Shown: piece by piece, positions 36,304-46,464 of the stretch | How positions within the stretch are numbered: position 1 is the first letter of the stretch | Layout: each line of letters begins with the position of its first letter | Source of the DNA: Candidatus Woesebacteria bacterium | GTDB taxonomy: Bacteria; Patescibacteriota; Microgenomatia; UBA1400; MFAQ01 | DNA: 64,000 nucleotides | NCBI GenBank assembly: GCA_035389185.1 | Contig: DAOORK010000001.1 | Span: 510,218 to 574,217, forward strand | Reading direction: 5' to 3' | The notes under the pieces: model-generated | The model's database searches: none | Told to the model about the DNA's origin: nothing | Seen by the model: the letters and a program-made list of their open reading frames with translations, nothing else | Program-made: the position numbers and the translations under genes

Positions 36304-37373
36304 ATCCGGTAATGATGATTACCGTGGCTCCATTTGTATTGTCACTTGTTATCAGTTTGATGATGACCCCCCTAACAATTGCTTGGTTTAAGAAAAAGGG
36401 ATGGATGATTGACCCGAAGAAAACTCCCCATCCGGCACATATTCATAAGGAGCCGGTTCCCAAAGGCGGAGGTATTCCCATTTTTTTGGCAGTGACGATC
36501 ACAATGCTGCTTCTTTTGAGGCCAGATCGACATCTGATTGCTATCTGTTTGGCAGGACTGGTGGCTTTGATTGTGGGTGTGATTGACGACATCAAGAGTT
36601 CAAGTCCTTACTTACGTTTGCTGATGAACTTTGTGGTGACCTTGATTATTGTGGCCTCGGGTATTGGAATTGCTTACATTACAAATCCTTTGGGGGGAGT
36701 GATTGATCTCTCTTGGCCAAGACTGGGTCTTGACCTGCTCGGCAAACACCATGAGATATGGATTTTGGCTGATCTGTTTGCTTTGCTGTGGATTCCGTCA
36801 TTGATGAACGCAATTAACTGGTCTTCGGGAGTTGATGGTCAAATTAGCGGGGTAGTGACCGTGGCCGCCATTACCTTGGGTTTGATTTCTTTAAACTTTA
36901 GCGCGGATATTACGCAGTGGCCGGTAGCAACACTGGCTTTTGCGACGGCTGGGGCTTTTGCCGGATTAACGGTATTCCATTTTTATCCTCAAAAGATAAT
37001 GCCCGGCTACTCGGCGACCTCACTGGCAGGTTTGTATCTTGGGGTGGTGTCTATCTTGGCAACAGCAAAAGTGGGGGCATTGATCATTGTTTTGGGAATA
37101 CCCCTCATTGATTTTGCTTATTTGACAGTTAAGAGGATCGTGTCCGGAAAAGCTCCGGTATGGGGAGACAAAAGTCATCTGCACCACAAATTATTGGCCA
37201 TGGGGTGGGGAAAACGAAGAATTTCGTTGTTTTATTGGATGGCAGCAGTAGTCCTCGGGGTGGCTGCTTTGAGCTTTGAAGCTAGAACAAAGCTTATAAT
37301 CATGATAGGATTGGTAGTATTAATGATGGTTTTCTGGATATGGCAATACTTCTCGCATTATTCAAAACAGTAA
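36300..37373 (+). CDS. MraY/WecA-family polyprenyl-phosphate N-acetylhexosamine-1-phosphate transferase (GT4)
   Basis: 357 aa; 10-11 TM; motifs DDIKSSSPYLRLL (DDxxD), NAINWSSGVDGQISG (NxxNxxDGxDG), HKEPVPKGGG cytoplasmic loop. Confidence 0.6.
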   Translation: MNPVMMITVAPFVLSLVISLMMTPLTIAWFKKKGWMIDPKKTPHPAHIHKEPVPKGGGIPIFLAVTITMLLLLRPDRHLIAICLAGLVALIVGVIDDIKSSSPYLRLLMNFVVTLIIVASGIGIAYITNPLGGVIDLSWPRLGLDLLGKHHEIWILADLFALLWIPSLMNAINWSSGVDGQISGVVTVAAITLGLISLNFSADITQWPVATLAFATAGAFAGLTVFHFYPQKIMPGYSATSLAGLYLGVVSILATAKVGALIIVLGIPLIDFAYLTVKRIVSGKAPVWGDKSHLHHKLLAMGWGKRRISLFYWMAAVVLGVAALSFEARTKLIIMIGLVVLMMVFWIWQYFSHYSKQ

Positions 37374-38272
37374 GACCGAGACAGTGGCTAAAAAACTTAG
37401 CTCTGTATGCGGCTCTGGTTTTTACGGGAATGCTGTTTACAGAAGGAGCTTTTGGTTTGGTTACTCAGGCAGTATTGGTGTTTATTGTTTTGTCTAGCAG
37501 TACCTATATCTTCAACGATTTGGTGGATGTGAGGGCCGATAGATTGCATCCATATAAAAAAAGAAGACCGATCGCATCCGGGGCATTACCCGTTCCGGTG
37601 GCTGTGTTGGTGCTGGTTTTGGGAGTAGTACTCGGTTTGACTTGGGCTTATGGTCTGAATAGTTATTTTTTCATTTGCTGTTTAGTTTATTTGGGCGTGC
37701 AGGTACTTTATTCGGGATATCTAAAGAAAGTAGCTATTATGGACGTGATTGTGATTGCCTTTGGGTATCTGATACGGGCATATGCGGGAGCATTTGTAAT
37801 ATCTGCCCATATGGATGTGTGGTTTTTGTTAACGATGATTTCGGTGTCTTTGTTTTTGGCTGTAGGAAAGAGAAGAGGAGAGATGACTTTACTGATGTCT
37901 CGAGGAGAAGGGGTGGCTACCAGAGAAGCCTTGAAGCGATATACCGAGAAATTGTTGGACATTTATACGGCCATGTTTGCTACAGCAACATGGATAACTT
38001 ATGCACTGTTTACCTTCAACCACCCAAAGATTGTGCCCGACGGCAGAGCTTTATCGATGATTTCCTTACTGCCAAAAACGCTAATATCCGAAAAATGGAT
38101 GATGGCTACGATTCCTTTTGTGGTCTACGGAATCATGAGGTATTTACAGTTGATTTACGAGAAAAACGAGGGGGAAAGTCCGGAGAGAGTGCTTTTGTCC
38201 GACAAACCCTTGATTATTACCGTCCTTTTGTGGGGGATAGTAACAATCGGAGTGCTTTACTATATTGCCTGA
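37340..38272 (+). CDS. UbiA-family prenyltransferase, decaprenyl-phosphate 5-phosphoribosyltransferase-like
   Basis: 310 aa; N-terminal KTVRPRQWLKNLALY and NDLVDVRADRLHPYKKRRPIASG (NDxxDxxxDRxHPxKxxRP) closely resemble Rv3806c-type DPPR synthases; 34-bp overlap with upstream gene. Confidence 0.6.
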   Translation: MAILLALFKTVRPRQWLKNLALYAALVFTGMLFTEGAFGLVTQAVLVFIVLSSSTYIFNDLVDVRADRLHPYKKRRPIASGALPVPVAVLVLVLGVVLGLTWAYGLNSYFFICCLVYLGVQVLYSGYLKKVAIMDVIVIAFGYLIRAYAGAFVISAHMDVWFLLTMISVSLFLAVGKRRGEMTLLMSRGEGVATREALKRYTEKLLDIYTAMFATATWITYALFTFNHPKIVPDGRALSMISLLPKTLISEKWMMATIPFVVYGIMRYLQLIYEKNEGESPERVLLSDKPLIITVLLWGIVTIGVLYYIA

Positions 38273-38274
38273 GT

Positions 38275-39153
38275 TTATTTCACTAGTTTGGCGTAGGTGG
38301 TAGAGACGTATCCCCATTCACCGTCGGTGTATTCGATGTAGTACCAGCCAGTAGTGTCAGATTCTTTGTAGGGGAATTTGTCACCGGGATTGACCTTAGC
38401 AAGCTCATTGGCAGATGTGGAAGCGGATTCACGGACTTTGAGCCAACCGGTTGGAGTAGTAAGAATCTCGACATAAGGTTTGGCAACAACGGCCGAAGAG
38501 GTGGCTTGTTTGGGAAGAGGAGTGACTGTGGTATTTTTGCTCAAAGTTGGCGTGGCTGAAGGAGTGGCAATGGTGGGTGTGGGGGTAGGGGTGATGTCCA
38601 GAGCCGCCATAGTGAAGTTTAGGAGCAAACGATAACCAGGCTGAACATTGGCATTGATGATTTTGTCTTGGTAACCTGGAGCAGTAAAGGTAAAGACGTG
38701 GGGACCAGAGTCAATATCAATATTTAGAGGAGTAAAGTCGTTTGGCTGACCATCAATACTGGTCGTGGCATTTGAAGGTAGACTAACAACACTTACGGCC
38801 GAAGCCTTGCTACTACTGAGCTTTTCAAAAGAGAGTGAGTAACTATGTGATTTATCTTGGGTTTCACCAAACTCACGATGAACTGTGGACAGAGTGCCAC
38901 CTAAGAGATTTATCTTGGTTTCCCATGTCTGGCCGCTATCAATGGCTGTCATTTGAATCGTGTAGCTACCGGCGTTTTTGTTAGCAGCGTAGTAAGGGGT
39001 TTTGCCGACGGACTCACCGTTTATCACGACATTAGCGTCGGGATGGGCAGTGACTTGAATACCGGCTTTTTTGGCGAAGGGATTGAGATTGCACCCAGCG
39101 AGAAGAAGAGAGAATACGGAGACGGCTACGAGCCTAAAATAGTTAGTCTTCAT
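38275..39153 (-). CDS. lipoprotein with PEGA domains and C-terminal SH3b domain
   Basis: 292 aa; signal + LLAGC lipobox; PEGA-like (VVINGESVGKTPYY...; FTFTAPGYQDKIINANVQPGY); C-terminal SH3b (GWLKVRESAS...GWYYIEYTDGEWGYVS). Confidence 0.55.
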   Translation of the reverse strand: MKTNYFRLVAVSVFSLLLAGCNLNPFAKKAGIQVTAHPDANVVINGESVGKTPYYAANKNAGSYTIQMTAIDSGQTWETKINLLGGTLSTVHREFGETQDKSHSYSLSFEKLSSSKASAVSVVSLPSNATTSIDGQPNDFTPLNIDIDSGPHVFTFTAPGYQDKIINANVQPGYRLLLNFTMAALDITPTPTPTIATPSATPTLSKNTTVTPLPKQATSSAVVAKPYVEILTTPTGWLKVRESASTSANELAKVNPGDKFPYKESDTTGWYYIEYTDGEWGYVSTTYAKLVK

Positions 39154-39202
39154 TTGTGTTTATGATAGCAGATTGTGTCAAGAAGGTGAGTAGAAGATTA
39201 TA

Positions 39203-39274
39203 TTGAGGCCGGAGAGGGAATCGAACCCTCGCATGGAGGTTTTGCAGACCTCAGCGTTACCACTTCGCCATCCG
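39203..39274 (-). tRNA. tRNA-Cys (GCA)
   Basis: Minus-strand GGCCGGATGGCGAAGTGGTAACGCTGAGGTCTGCAAAACCTCCATGCGAGGGTTCGATTCCCTCTCCGGCCT; 7-bp acceptor stem, D-arm, anticodon loop CT-GCA-AA, T-arm GGTTCGATTCC, discriminator U73 typical of tRNA-Cys; CCA not encoded. Confidence 0.85.
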
Positions 39275-39349
39275 GCCACTTCAGGCACTATTTTATCATT
39301 TATGAATGATATTGATAGAGAAAGCTGGCTTTTGGGTAAAAAATGGGTG

Positions 39350-40435
39350 TTAGTAGAGCTCTCCGGCTTTGATGGTTTCCTCAATGAGGCGGTTGGCATA
39401 GCCCCATTCATTGTCGTACCAAGCCAGAACTTTGACGAGGGTGCCATCAACAACACGAGTCATGTCGAGGTCGACAATGCTGGATTCCGGACGGCCAACA
39501 ATATCGGAGGAGACAAGGGGTTCATCGGTGACGGCTAAGATACCGCGGTAGCGAGGGTCGCTTGCAGCGTCGATAAAGATATCGTTTATTTCTTCAACAG
39601 AAGTGGAGCGACGAGTAACGAAGGTAAAGTCGGTGATAGAACCGGTGATGACGGGTACACGAAGAGAGATACCATCAAAAAGACCCTGGAGCTCGGGAAT
39701 TGCTTGAGTAGCAGCTATGGCGGCACCGGTAGATGTAGGAACGATGTTTTGGGCGGCTGCACGGGCCCTTCTGAGATCTTTGTGCGAATTATCTTGGAGA
39801 TTTTGGTCATCGGTGTAACCGTGAACCGTGGTGAGCATGGCTTGGAGAATGCCAATTTTGGAGTGAAGAATATCGGCGACCGGGGCAACACTATTGGTGG
39901 TACAGGAAGCGTTACTGATTACCGAAATTGTGCTTGTACGATCTTTGGTGAGTACTTCATTTTCGTTGACCCCGAGAACAGCCGTGGGGACACCTTTGCC
40001 CTTGGCTGGGGCGGAGAGGATAACGACACGTGCACCACCTTGGAGGTGAAGAACTGCCTTATCGAGGCTGGTGAAAGCCCCTGTGGACTCGATAACTACC
40101 TCGGTACCGTATTCAACCCAAGGAATCTTGGCTGGGTCACGCTGGGCGAGAACAGAAATCTTGAAAGTCTTCGAGGGTAGCTCCACTGTGAGATAGCCAA
40201 TGAGGGGTTTGGCCTCGGTTGCTTCTTTGGGATCTTGAACTTCTTCGGTAGAGATAGTGTAGGGGAGAATACCGTAAGCAGTGTCGTAGCGCAAAAGGTG
40301 AGCCCAGCCAGCCACGTTAAGGGATCCTGAAGTATTGATGGCGACAAGATTGGCTTCGTGAGTATGGCTTTGAAGCCAGACTCTTGCGGCTGAACGACCA
40401 ATCCTTCCAAAACCGTTAATCGAAAAATTAACCAT
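39350..40435 (-). CDS. gap: glyceraldehyde-3-phosphate dehydrogenase
   Basis: 361 aa; NGFGRIGR NAD-binding, active-site SNASCTTNSVAP. Confidence 0.9.
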   Translation of the reverse strand: MVNFSINGFGRIGRSAARVWLQSHTHEANLVAINTSGSLNVAGWAHLLRYDTAYGILPYTISTEEVQDPKEATEAKPLIGYLTVELPSKTFKISVLAQRDPAKIPWVEYGTEVVIESTGAFTSLDKAVLHLQGGARVVILSAPAKGKGVPTAVLGVNENEVLTKDRTSTISVISNASCTTNSVAPVADILHSKIGILQAMLTTVHGYTDDQNLQDNSHKDLRRARAAAQNIVPTSTGAAIAATQAIPELQGLFDGISLRVPVITGSITDFTFVTRRSTSVEEINDIFIDAASDPRYRGILAVTDEPLVSSDIVGRPESSIVDLDMTRVVDGTLVKVLAWYDNEWGYANRLIEETIKAGELY

Positions 40436-40453
40436 AGGGCAAGCAAAATATAA

Positions 40454-41431
40454 CTAATTCAGTTTAACATTTTTGAGGACTTCCAGAAGGGGATGAGTGC
40501 CTTGAGCCAGGAAATCGAGCATAGCACCTCCTCCGGTACTGACAAAGCTAAAGGAGGCATATGAGAAGCCTAGGAAGGGTATCGCCGCAAGAGTGTCACC
40601 CCCGCCAATCACCGAGAACGCACCAGAGTCAATTATGGCCTGGAGAATGACTTTGGTTGACTGAGAGTGAGTCCCATCTTCATAGGCTCCTAAGGGACCA
40701 TTGAGAACGATGGTTTTGGCTTTGGCAATCTCACCAACAAAGCGGGAGGTGGTTTCCGGAGTAAGATCGAGACCATCTGGGGTACGATCTGTGCGTGGAG
40801 CAAGAACACCACCAAGAAGAGTCTGATCAAACTGGGGAGTGATTTTGTTGATGATTTCGAGCTTGTCTTGCTTGGCACCTGAGGCTATTAAAAGAGTGGG
40901 GTGAAGGGGATTACTCAGAACATTCTTGAGCGTGGCCACCTCCTGATCGAACCTAAATCCGGTGAAGGTTGGTAAAACTTCGGGTATTAGGGTCAAACTG
41001 GTCGAATTTCGGTAATTTGCGAATGATTCATAAATATAAATGTCAGCCCCTTCGGCCAGTTCTTGTGCAAATCCCCTATCAATTTTTTCTTCACGAAAAT
41101 CAAAGCGCAAATTTTCTTGGAGGACCAGGGGGGATTCCCCTCCCCACCTCTCCCCTGGAGAAATACCCGAAACTAATAATGGAATATCTTGATTCAGCAA
41201 TCTTTTTAGACTTTCTGCTACCGGGGCGAGGCTAAAATGAGGATCCTCTCCTGCCGGCCTGCCTAGATGGCCAATAATAATGGTTTTACGAGCGTGTTGA
41301 AGGCAGAACTTGAGGGTTGGAAGAAGCGAACGAAGACGATAATCGTTGTCTACCTTCCCCTCTTTGAGAGGTAGATCGAGATCGGCACGAAGTAAAACAT
41401 TTTTATTTTGGATGTTTTCTATAGTCAGCAT
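40454..41431 (-). CDS. pgk: phosphoglycerate kinase (unusually short)
   Basis: 325 aa; N-terminal VLLRADLDLP, IIGHLGRP, C-terminal ATP-binding GGGA.LDFL-like region. Confidence 0.8.
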   Translation of the reverse strand: MLTIENIQNKNVLLRADLDLPLKEGKVDNDYRLRSLLPTLKFCLQHARKTIIIGHLGRPAGEDPHFSLAPVAESLKRLLNQDIPLLVSGISPGERWGGESPLVLQENLRFDFREEKIDRGFAQELAEGADIYIYESFANYRNSTSLTLIPEVLPTFTGFRFDQEVATLKNVLSNPLHPTLLIASGAKQDKLEIINKITPQFDQTLLGGVLAPRTDRTPDGLDLTPETTSRFVGEIAKAKTIVLNGPLGAYEDGTHSQSTKVILQAIIDSGAFSVIGGGDTLAAIPFLGFSYASFSFVSTGGGAMLDFLAQGTHPLLEVLKNVKLN

Positions 41432-41457
41432 AACTAAGATAAGGATATACTAATCTT

Positions 41458-42090
41458 ATGGAAAATAGTGGTATTGAATTACAGGCTAAGGTTGAAGGCA
41501 AATTGAGCGAGAACGATAAAAGGCAGATCATGGATGAAATGCTGCTTACCCTGAGAAGATCAAAAGACAACCTGACAAGTTACTGTGAGGAACACCGAAA
41601 AGAAAAGACCTGGCTGACTCAGGAACTTGATGACAGGGCAAGAGAAGAGTCAACGAAGAGATTGGCTGATTTTGTGAAGGAAAAGATTGCCGACAAGAGT
41701 GAGTTGGGGGAATTGGTAACTGAAGTGAAAGAAGCGGCAGAAAAAGATGAGATAGCTAAATTGAGATACGTTTTGGAAGACCCTGGTAAAAAAGAGACGG
41801 AAAAAATCTCAGCCTTAAGACAGGCTGGCGAGTGGTTTATTTTACCGGCAGACGTTCTTGAAAAGATTAATTTTTTGATCCCAGATATAAAGGGTAGAAT
41901 AAGCACCATGATGGAAGAGTCTCTGGCTGGAAGCACTCCTCGTGAGGACTATATGAAGATAAGCGGGATTGAGGAATCAACAAGAGTGTTCCTGGATCGA
42001 ATGAAAACTAATACGGAAAAGGAATGGAGTACACAAGGTTTTGATAGAAGACAATGGAACAGTAACCTGGATTTGTTGGCGTCTTCTTAG
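41458..42090 (+). CDS. hypothetical charged coiled-coil protein
   Basis: 210 aa, K/E-rich, no TM. Confidence 0.4.
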   Translation: MENSGIELQAKVEGKLSENDKRQIMDEMLLTLRRSKDNLTSYCEEHRKEKTWLTQELDDRAREESTKRLADFVKEKIADKSELGELVTEVKEAAEKDEIAKLRYVLEDPGKKETEKISALRQAGEWFILPADVLEKINFLIPDIKGRISTMMEESLAGSTPREDYMKISGIEESTRVFLDRMKTNTEKEWSTQGFDRRQWNSNLDLLASS

Positions 42091-42098
42091 CCCTATAG

Positions 42099-42128
42099 GT
42101 TTGACTTTTAACGATTGATATGGTATGA
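42099..42128 (+). promoter_or_regulatory. sigma70-like promoter (TTGACT-17-TATGAT)
   Basis: Consensus -35 TTGACT, 17-bp spacer, -10 TATGAT in 160-bp intergenic region upstream of M23 peptidase. Confidence 0.35.
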
Positions 42129-42136
42129 TCTAGTCC

Positions 42137-42160
42137 GCTTGAGAAATTCAAGCTTTTTTT
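42137..42160 (+). terminator. rho-independent terminator / leader hairpin
   Basis: GCTTGA-gaaat-TCAAGC-TTTTTTT. Confidence 0.5.
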
Positions 42161-42252
42161 GTACCTAAGGCGGGATATTACCCGCGTTTATGATACGAAA
42201 CATACTACCAAAAACCAGAACATCTAGTCGCATCTCTAAACTTTTTAGACCG

Positions 42253-42786
42253 ATGTTCGAGAAAAAAAGAATCAAATCCGCTTTGGGCGGAGTGATTTCC
42301 GTGACTTCTTTGGCCTCAGGCTTAATATTTTTACCTATGGACCAAGCTGTAACCGCGGCTAATGTTCAGATCCCCAGTTCAGAACTATCAATGGAAACAA
42401 GCAAGAGTTTTGCTAATGTTTTGCCGGAGTATACAGGTGTATCTCAAAGATTTCACTCTGGACATCCCGGAATTGATCTTACAGCTCCTTTGGGTGCCAA
42501 GATTTTCCCGATTAAGAGCGGTGTGGTCGTTAAGGTTCAGTATTTAAAATACGACTACGGACGTGCTGTGTGGATTGATAGTGGAAATGACATTATTTCT
42601 GTCTATGGACACATGGGTAAGATCTTCGTGGAAGAAGGAGATATTGTAACCACTGATAAGGCTATCGGTGAGGTTGGCTTGACCGGTAAAACAACCGGAC
42701 CACATTTGCATTTGGAGATCCTTAGAGATGGGGTGGCTATTAATCCTTTGCCTTACTTGGCTTTGGGCCCGGTAAACAAGAGATAA
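42253..42786 (+). CDS. M23-family (LytM) peptidoglycan endopeptidase
   Basis: HSGHPGIDLTAPLGAKI..., GHMGKIFVEEGD, GKTTGPHLHLEI M23 motifs (HxxxD, HxH); start placed at ATG 42253 giving signal/TM MFEKKRIKSALGGVISVTSLASGLIFL (track ORF from 42190 in same frame). Confidence 0.75.
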   Translation: MFEKKRIKSALGGVISVTSLASGLIFLPMDQAVTAANVQIPSSELSMETSKSFANVLPEYTGVSQRFHSGHPGIDLTAPLGAKIFPIKSGVVVKVQYLKYDYGRAVWIDSGNDIISVYGHMGKIFVEEGDIVTTDKAIGEVGLTGKTTGPHLHLEILRDGVAINPLPYLALGPVNKR

Positions 42787-42892
42787 ATATTTTCAACAGT
42801 TTTGCACATCGTTTAGATTGATTTATCAGTCAATTCTCTTGTGTGGAAAACTCGTCTTTTTTGTGGAAAAATAGATAAACTATAATAGAGAG

Positions 42893-43993
42893 GTGCGAAA
42901 ACAATTCTTTAAATCCGAAGGGAAGCAAATTCCCCTACCAGTCTTTTTCCCTGATGCAACTCGGGCTGTTTTGCGGACCTTGGATTCGGTGGACATCGAA
43001 AACACCAAAACTCCCGGTATTTTGGTAAATACCTATCACCTCTATTTGGGGCTTGGAAAAGAGATACTTAAAATGCATGGCGGAGTGAGACCTTTTATGA
43101 ACTGGCATGGCGGAGTGATTTCTGATTCCGGTGGGTTTCAGTTGATGTCTTTGGTTAAGGCAAACGGTAATGGCAAGGTTACAGATGAAGGAATCGTTTT
43201 TAGACCGAGCAGAAATAAGAAAATATTGTTTACACCGGAAAAGTCGATAGATTTTCAGATGGCGATAAAACCAGATATGGTAGTGGTACTAGATGACTTT
43301 ACTGATCCAAGAGCAACCTATGAAGAAGCAAAGGAGTCGGTGGAAAGAACTATTGAGTGGGCAAAGAGATCTAAAGCTGAGTTTGAAAAAATCTGTAAGG
43401 ATCGGAAACTAGCTAAAGAAGATAGGCCATATTTGCTGGGAGTGGTCCAGGGCGGAGAGTTTTTGGATCTTAGAGCAGAGTGTACCAAACGACTGGTGGA
43501 GATAGGTTTTGATGGTTTGGGTTATGGAGGCTGGCCGATGAGAGCTGATGGGACTTTTAATTTTGACGTTCCGGCTGTAATGGCTGAAAACTCTCCAGAG
43601 GAGTATATGCTTTATGGCTTGGGTGTCGGGAAACCAGATGAGGTAGCAAAGTGCGCTGCTCTTGGTTTTAATATCTTTGATTGCGTACTCCCTACTCGGG
43701 ATGCAAGGCACGGAAGACTTTATGTGTTTGATGCCGAGTCGATGGACACAATTGATGTTACCAAGGAGAAGTTTTTTCGTTACTATGAACCGGACAAAGA
43801 AAGACATGTGAGGGATATCTCCCCCGTTAGTATGGCTTGCGACTGCTTGCTGTGCAAAAACTACACACGGAGTTATTTAGCACATTTGTTTAAGATCGAA
43901 GACACAACAGCACTGAGGTTGGCAACAATTCACAACTTGCGCTTCTACTCTCTCTTGATGGAAAAAATTAGAGAACAGATCTGGAAGAAATAA
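42893..43993 (+). CDS. tgt: queuine/preQ1 tRNA-guanine transglycosylase
   Basis: 366 aa, GTG start; DSGGFQ, LGVGKPDE, zinc site CDCLLCKNYTRSYLAHL. Confidence 0.85.
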   Translation: MRKQFFKSEGKQIPLPVFFPDATRAVLRTLDSVDIENTKTPGILVNTYHLYLGLGKEILKMHGGVRPFMNWHGGVISDSGGFQLMSLVKANGNGKVTDEGIVFRPSRNKKILFTPEKSIDFQMAIKPDMVVVLDDFTDPRATYEEAKESVERTIEWAKRSKAEFEKICKDRKLAKEDRPYLLGVVQGGEFLDLRAECTKRLVEIGFDGLGYGGWPMRADGTFNFDVPAVMAENSPEEYMLYGLGVGKPDEVAKCAALGFNIFDCVLPTRDARHGRLYVFDAESMDTIDVTKEKFFRYYEPDKERHVRDISPVSMACDCLLCKNYTRSYLAHLFKIEDTTALRLATIHNLRFYSLLMEKIREQIWKK

Positions 43994-44019
43994 AAAAGGC
44001 CCCATTGAGGGGCCATTTT
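43992..44019. terminator. bidirectional rho-independent terminator
   Basis: AAAAAA-GGCCCC-attga-GGGGCC-ATTTT between convergent tgt and 44021..44341. Confidence 0.65.
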
Positions 44020-44020
44020 G

Positions 44021-44341
44021 TTAATGAACGTGATAGAACTTATTAAGGAGACTGACTAAACTTACGTCTTTTTCACCATATTTTTCGTAACCGCGGATAA
44101 AGCAATGCCATTGGCCATCATGATACTGGATAGTGACGAGATCCTTGGAATCTGCAAAACCAATGCGAAATCGCTGAGAGAAACTACGACCAGGGTGCTT
44201 TTTTTCAAACTTCTGTCTGGCTTCGGCGATGCGGAGAGCAGTTTGGTAGATATAACCGTCAAAGTAATTAGGTGCTGATTGCAGCTGCATTGTTTCAATA
44301 TCGGCAATTTCCTTGTCGAGTGGGCTAGTCAGTTCGGACAT
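44021..44341 (-). CDS. hypothetical protein
   Basis: 106 aa; strong RBS AAGGAGG 4 nt upstream of ATG. Confidence 0.45.
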   Translation of the reverse strand: MSELTSPLDKEIADIETMQLQSAPNYFDGYIYQTALRIAEARQKFEKKHPGRSFSQRFRIGFADSKDLVTIQYHDGQWHCFIRGYEKYGEKDVSLVSLLNKFYHVH

Positions 44342-44379
44342 TCGTCCTCCTTGTTAGAGTGCTTTTGGGGTGATTATAA

Positions 44380-44403
44380 CAAAAGAGCCCCAGAAGAGGC
44401 TCT
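44380..44403 (-). terminator. rho-independent terminator downstream of groEL
   Basis: minus strand AGAGCC-tcttctgg-GGCTCT-TTTGTT. Confidence 0.55.
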
Positions 44404-44421
44404 TTGCGGATGATGGGTACA

Positions 44422-46358
<1,937 letters not shown>

Positions 46359-46405
46359 AGATAAATTGAATTAATTGTTAAGACTTAAGAGTTGAGTATA
46401 CACTT

Positions 46406-46434
46406 AATAGCACTCTAACTCTATGAGTGCTATT
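46406..46434 (-). promoter_or_regulatory. CIRCE operator (HrcA binding site) upstream of groES
   Basis: tAGCACTC-N9-GAGTGCTa inverted repeat (consensus TTAGCACTC-N9-GAGTGCTAA) 48 bp upstream of groES start. Confidence 0.6.
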
Positions 46435-46464
46435 TTTACCAATATTTTTGGCGTTGTCAAGGGG

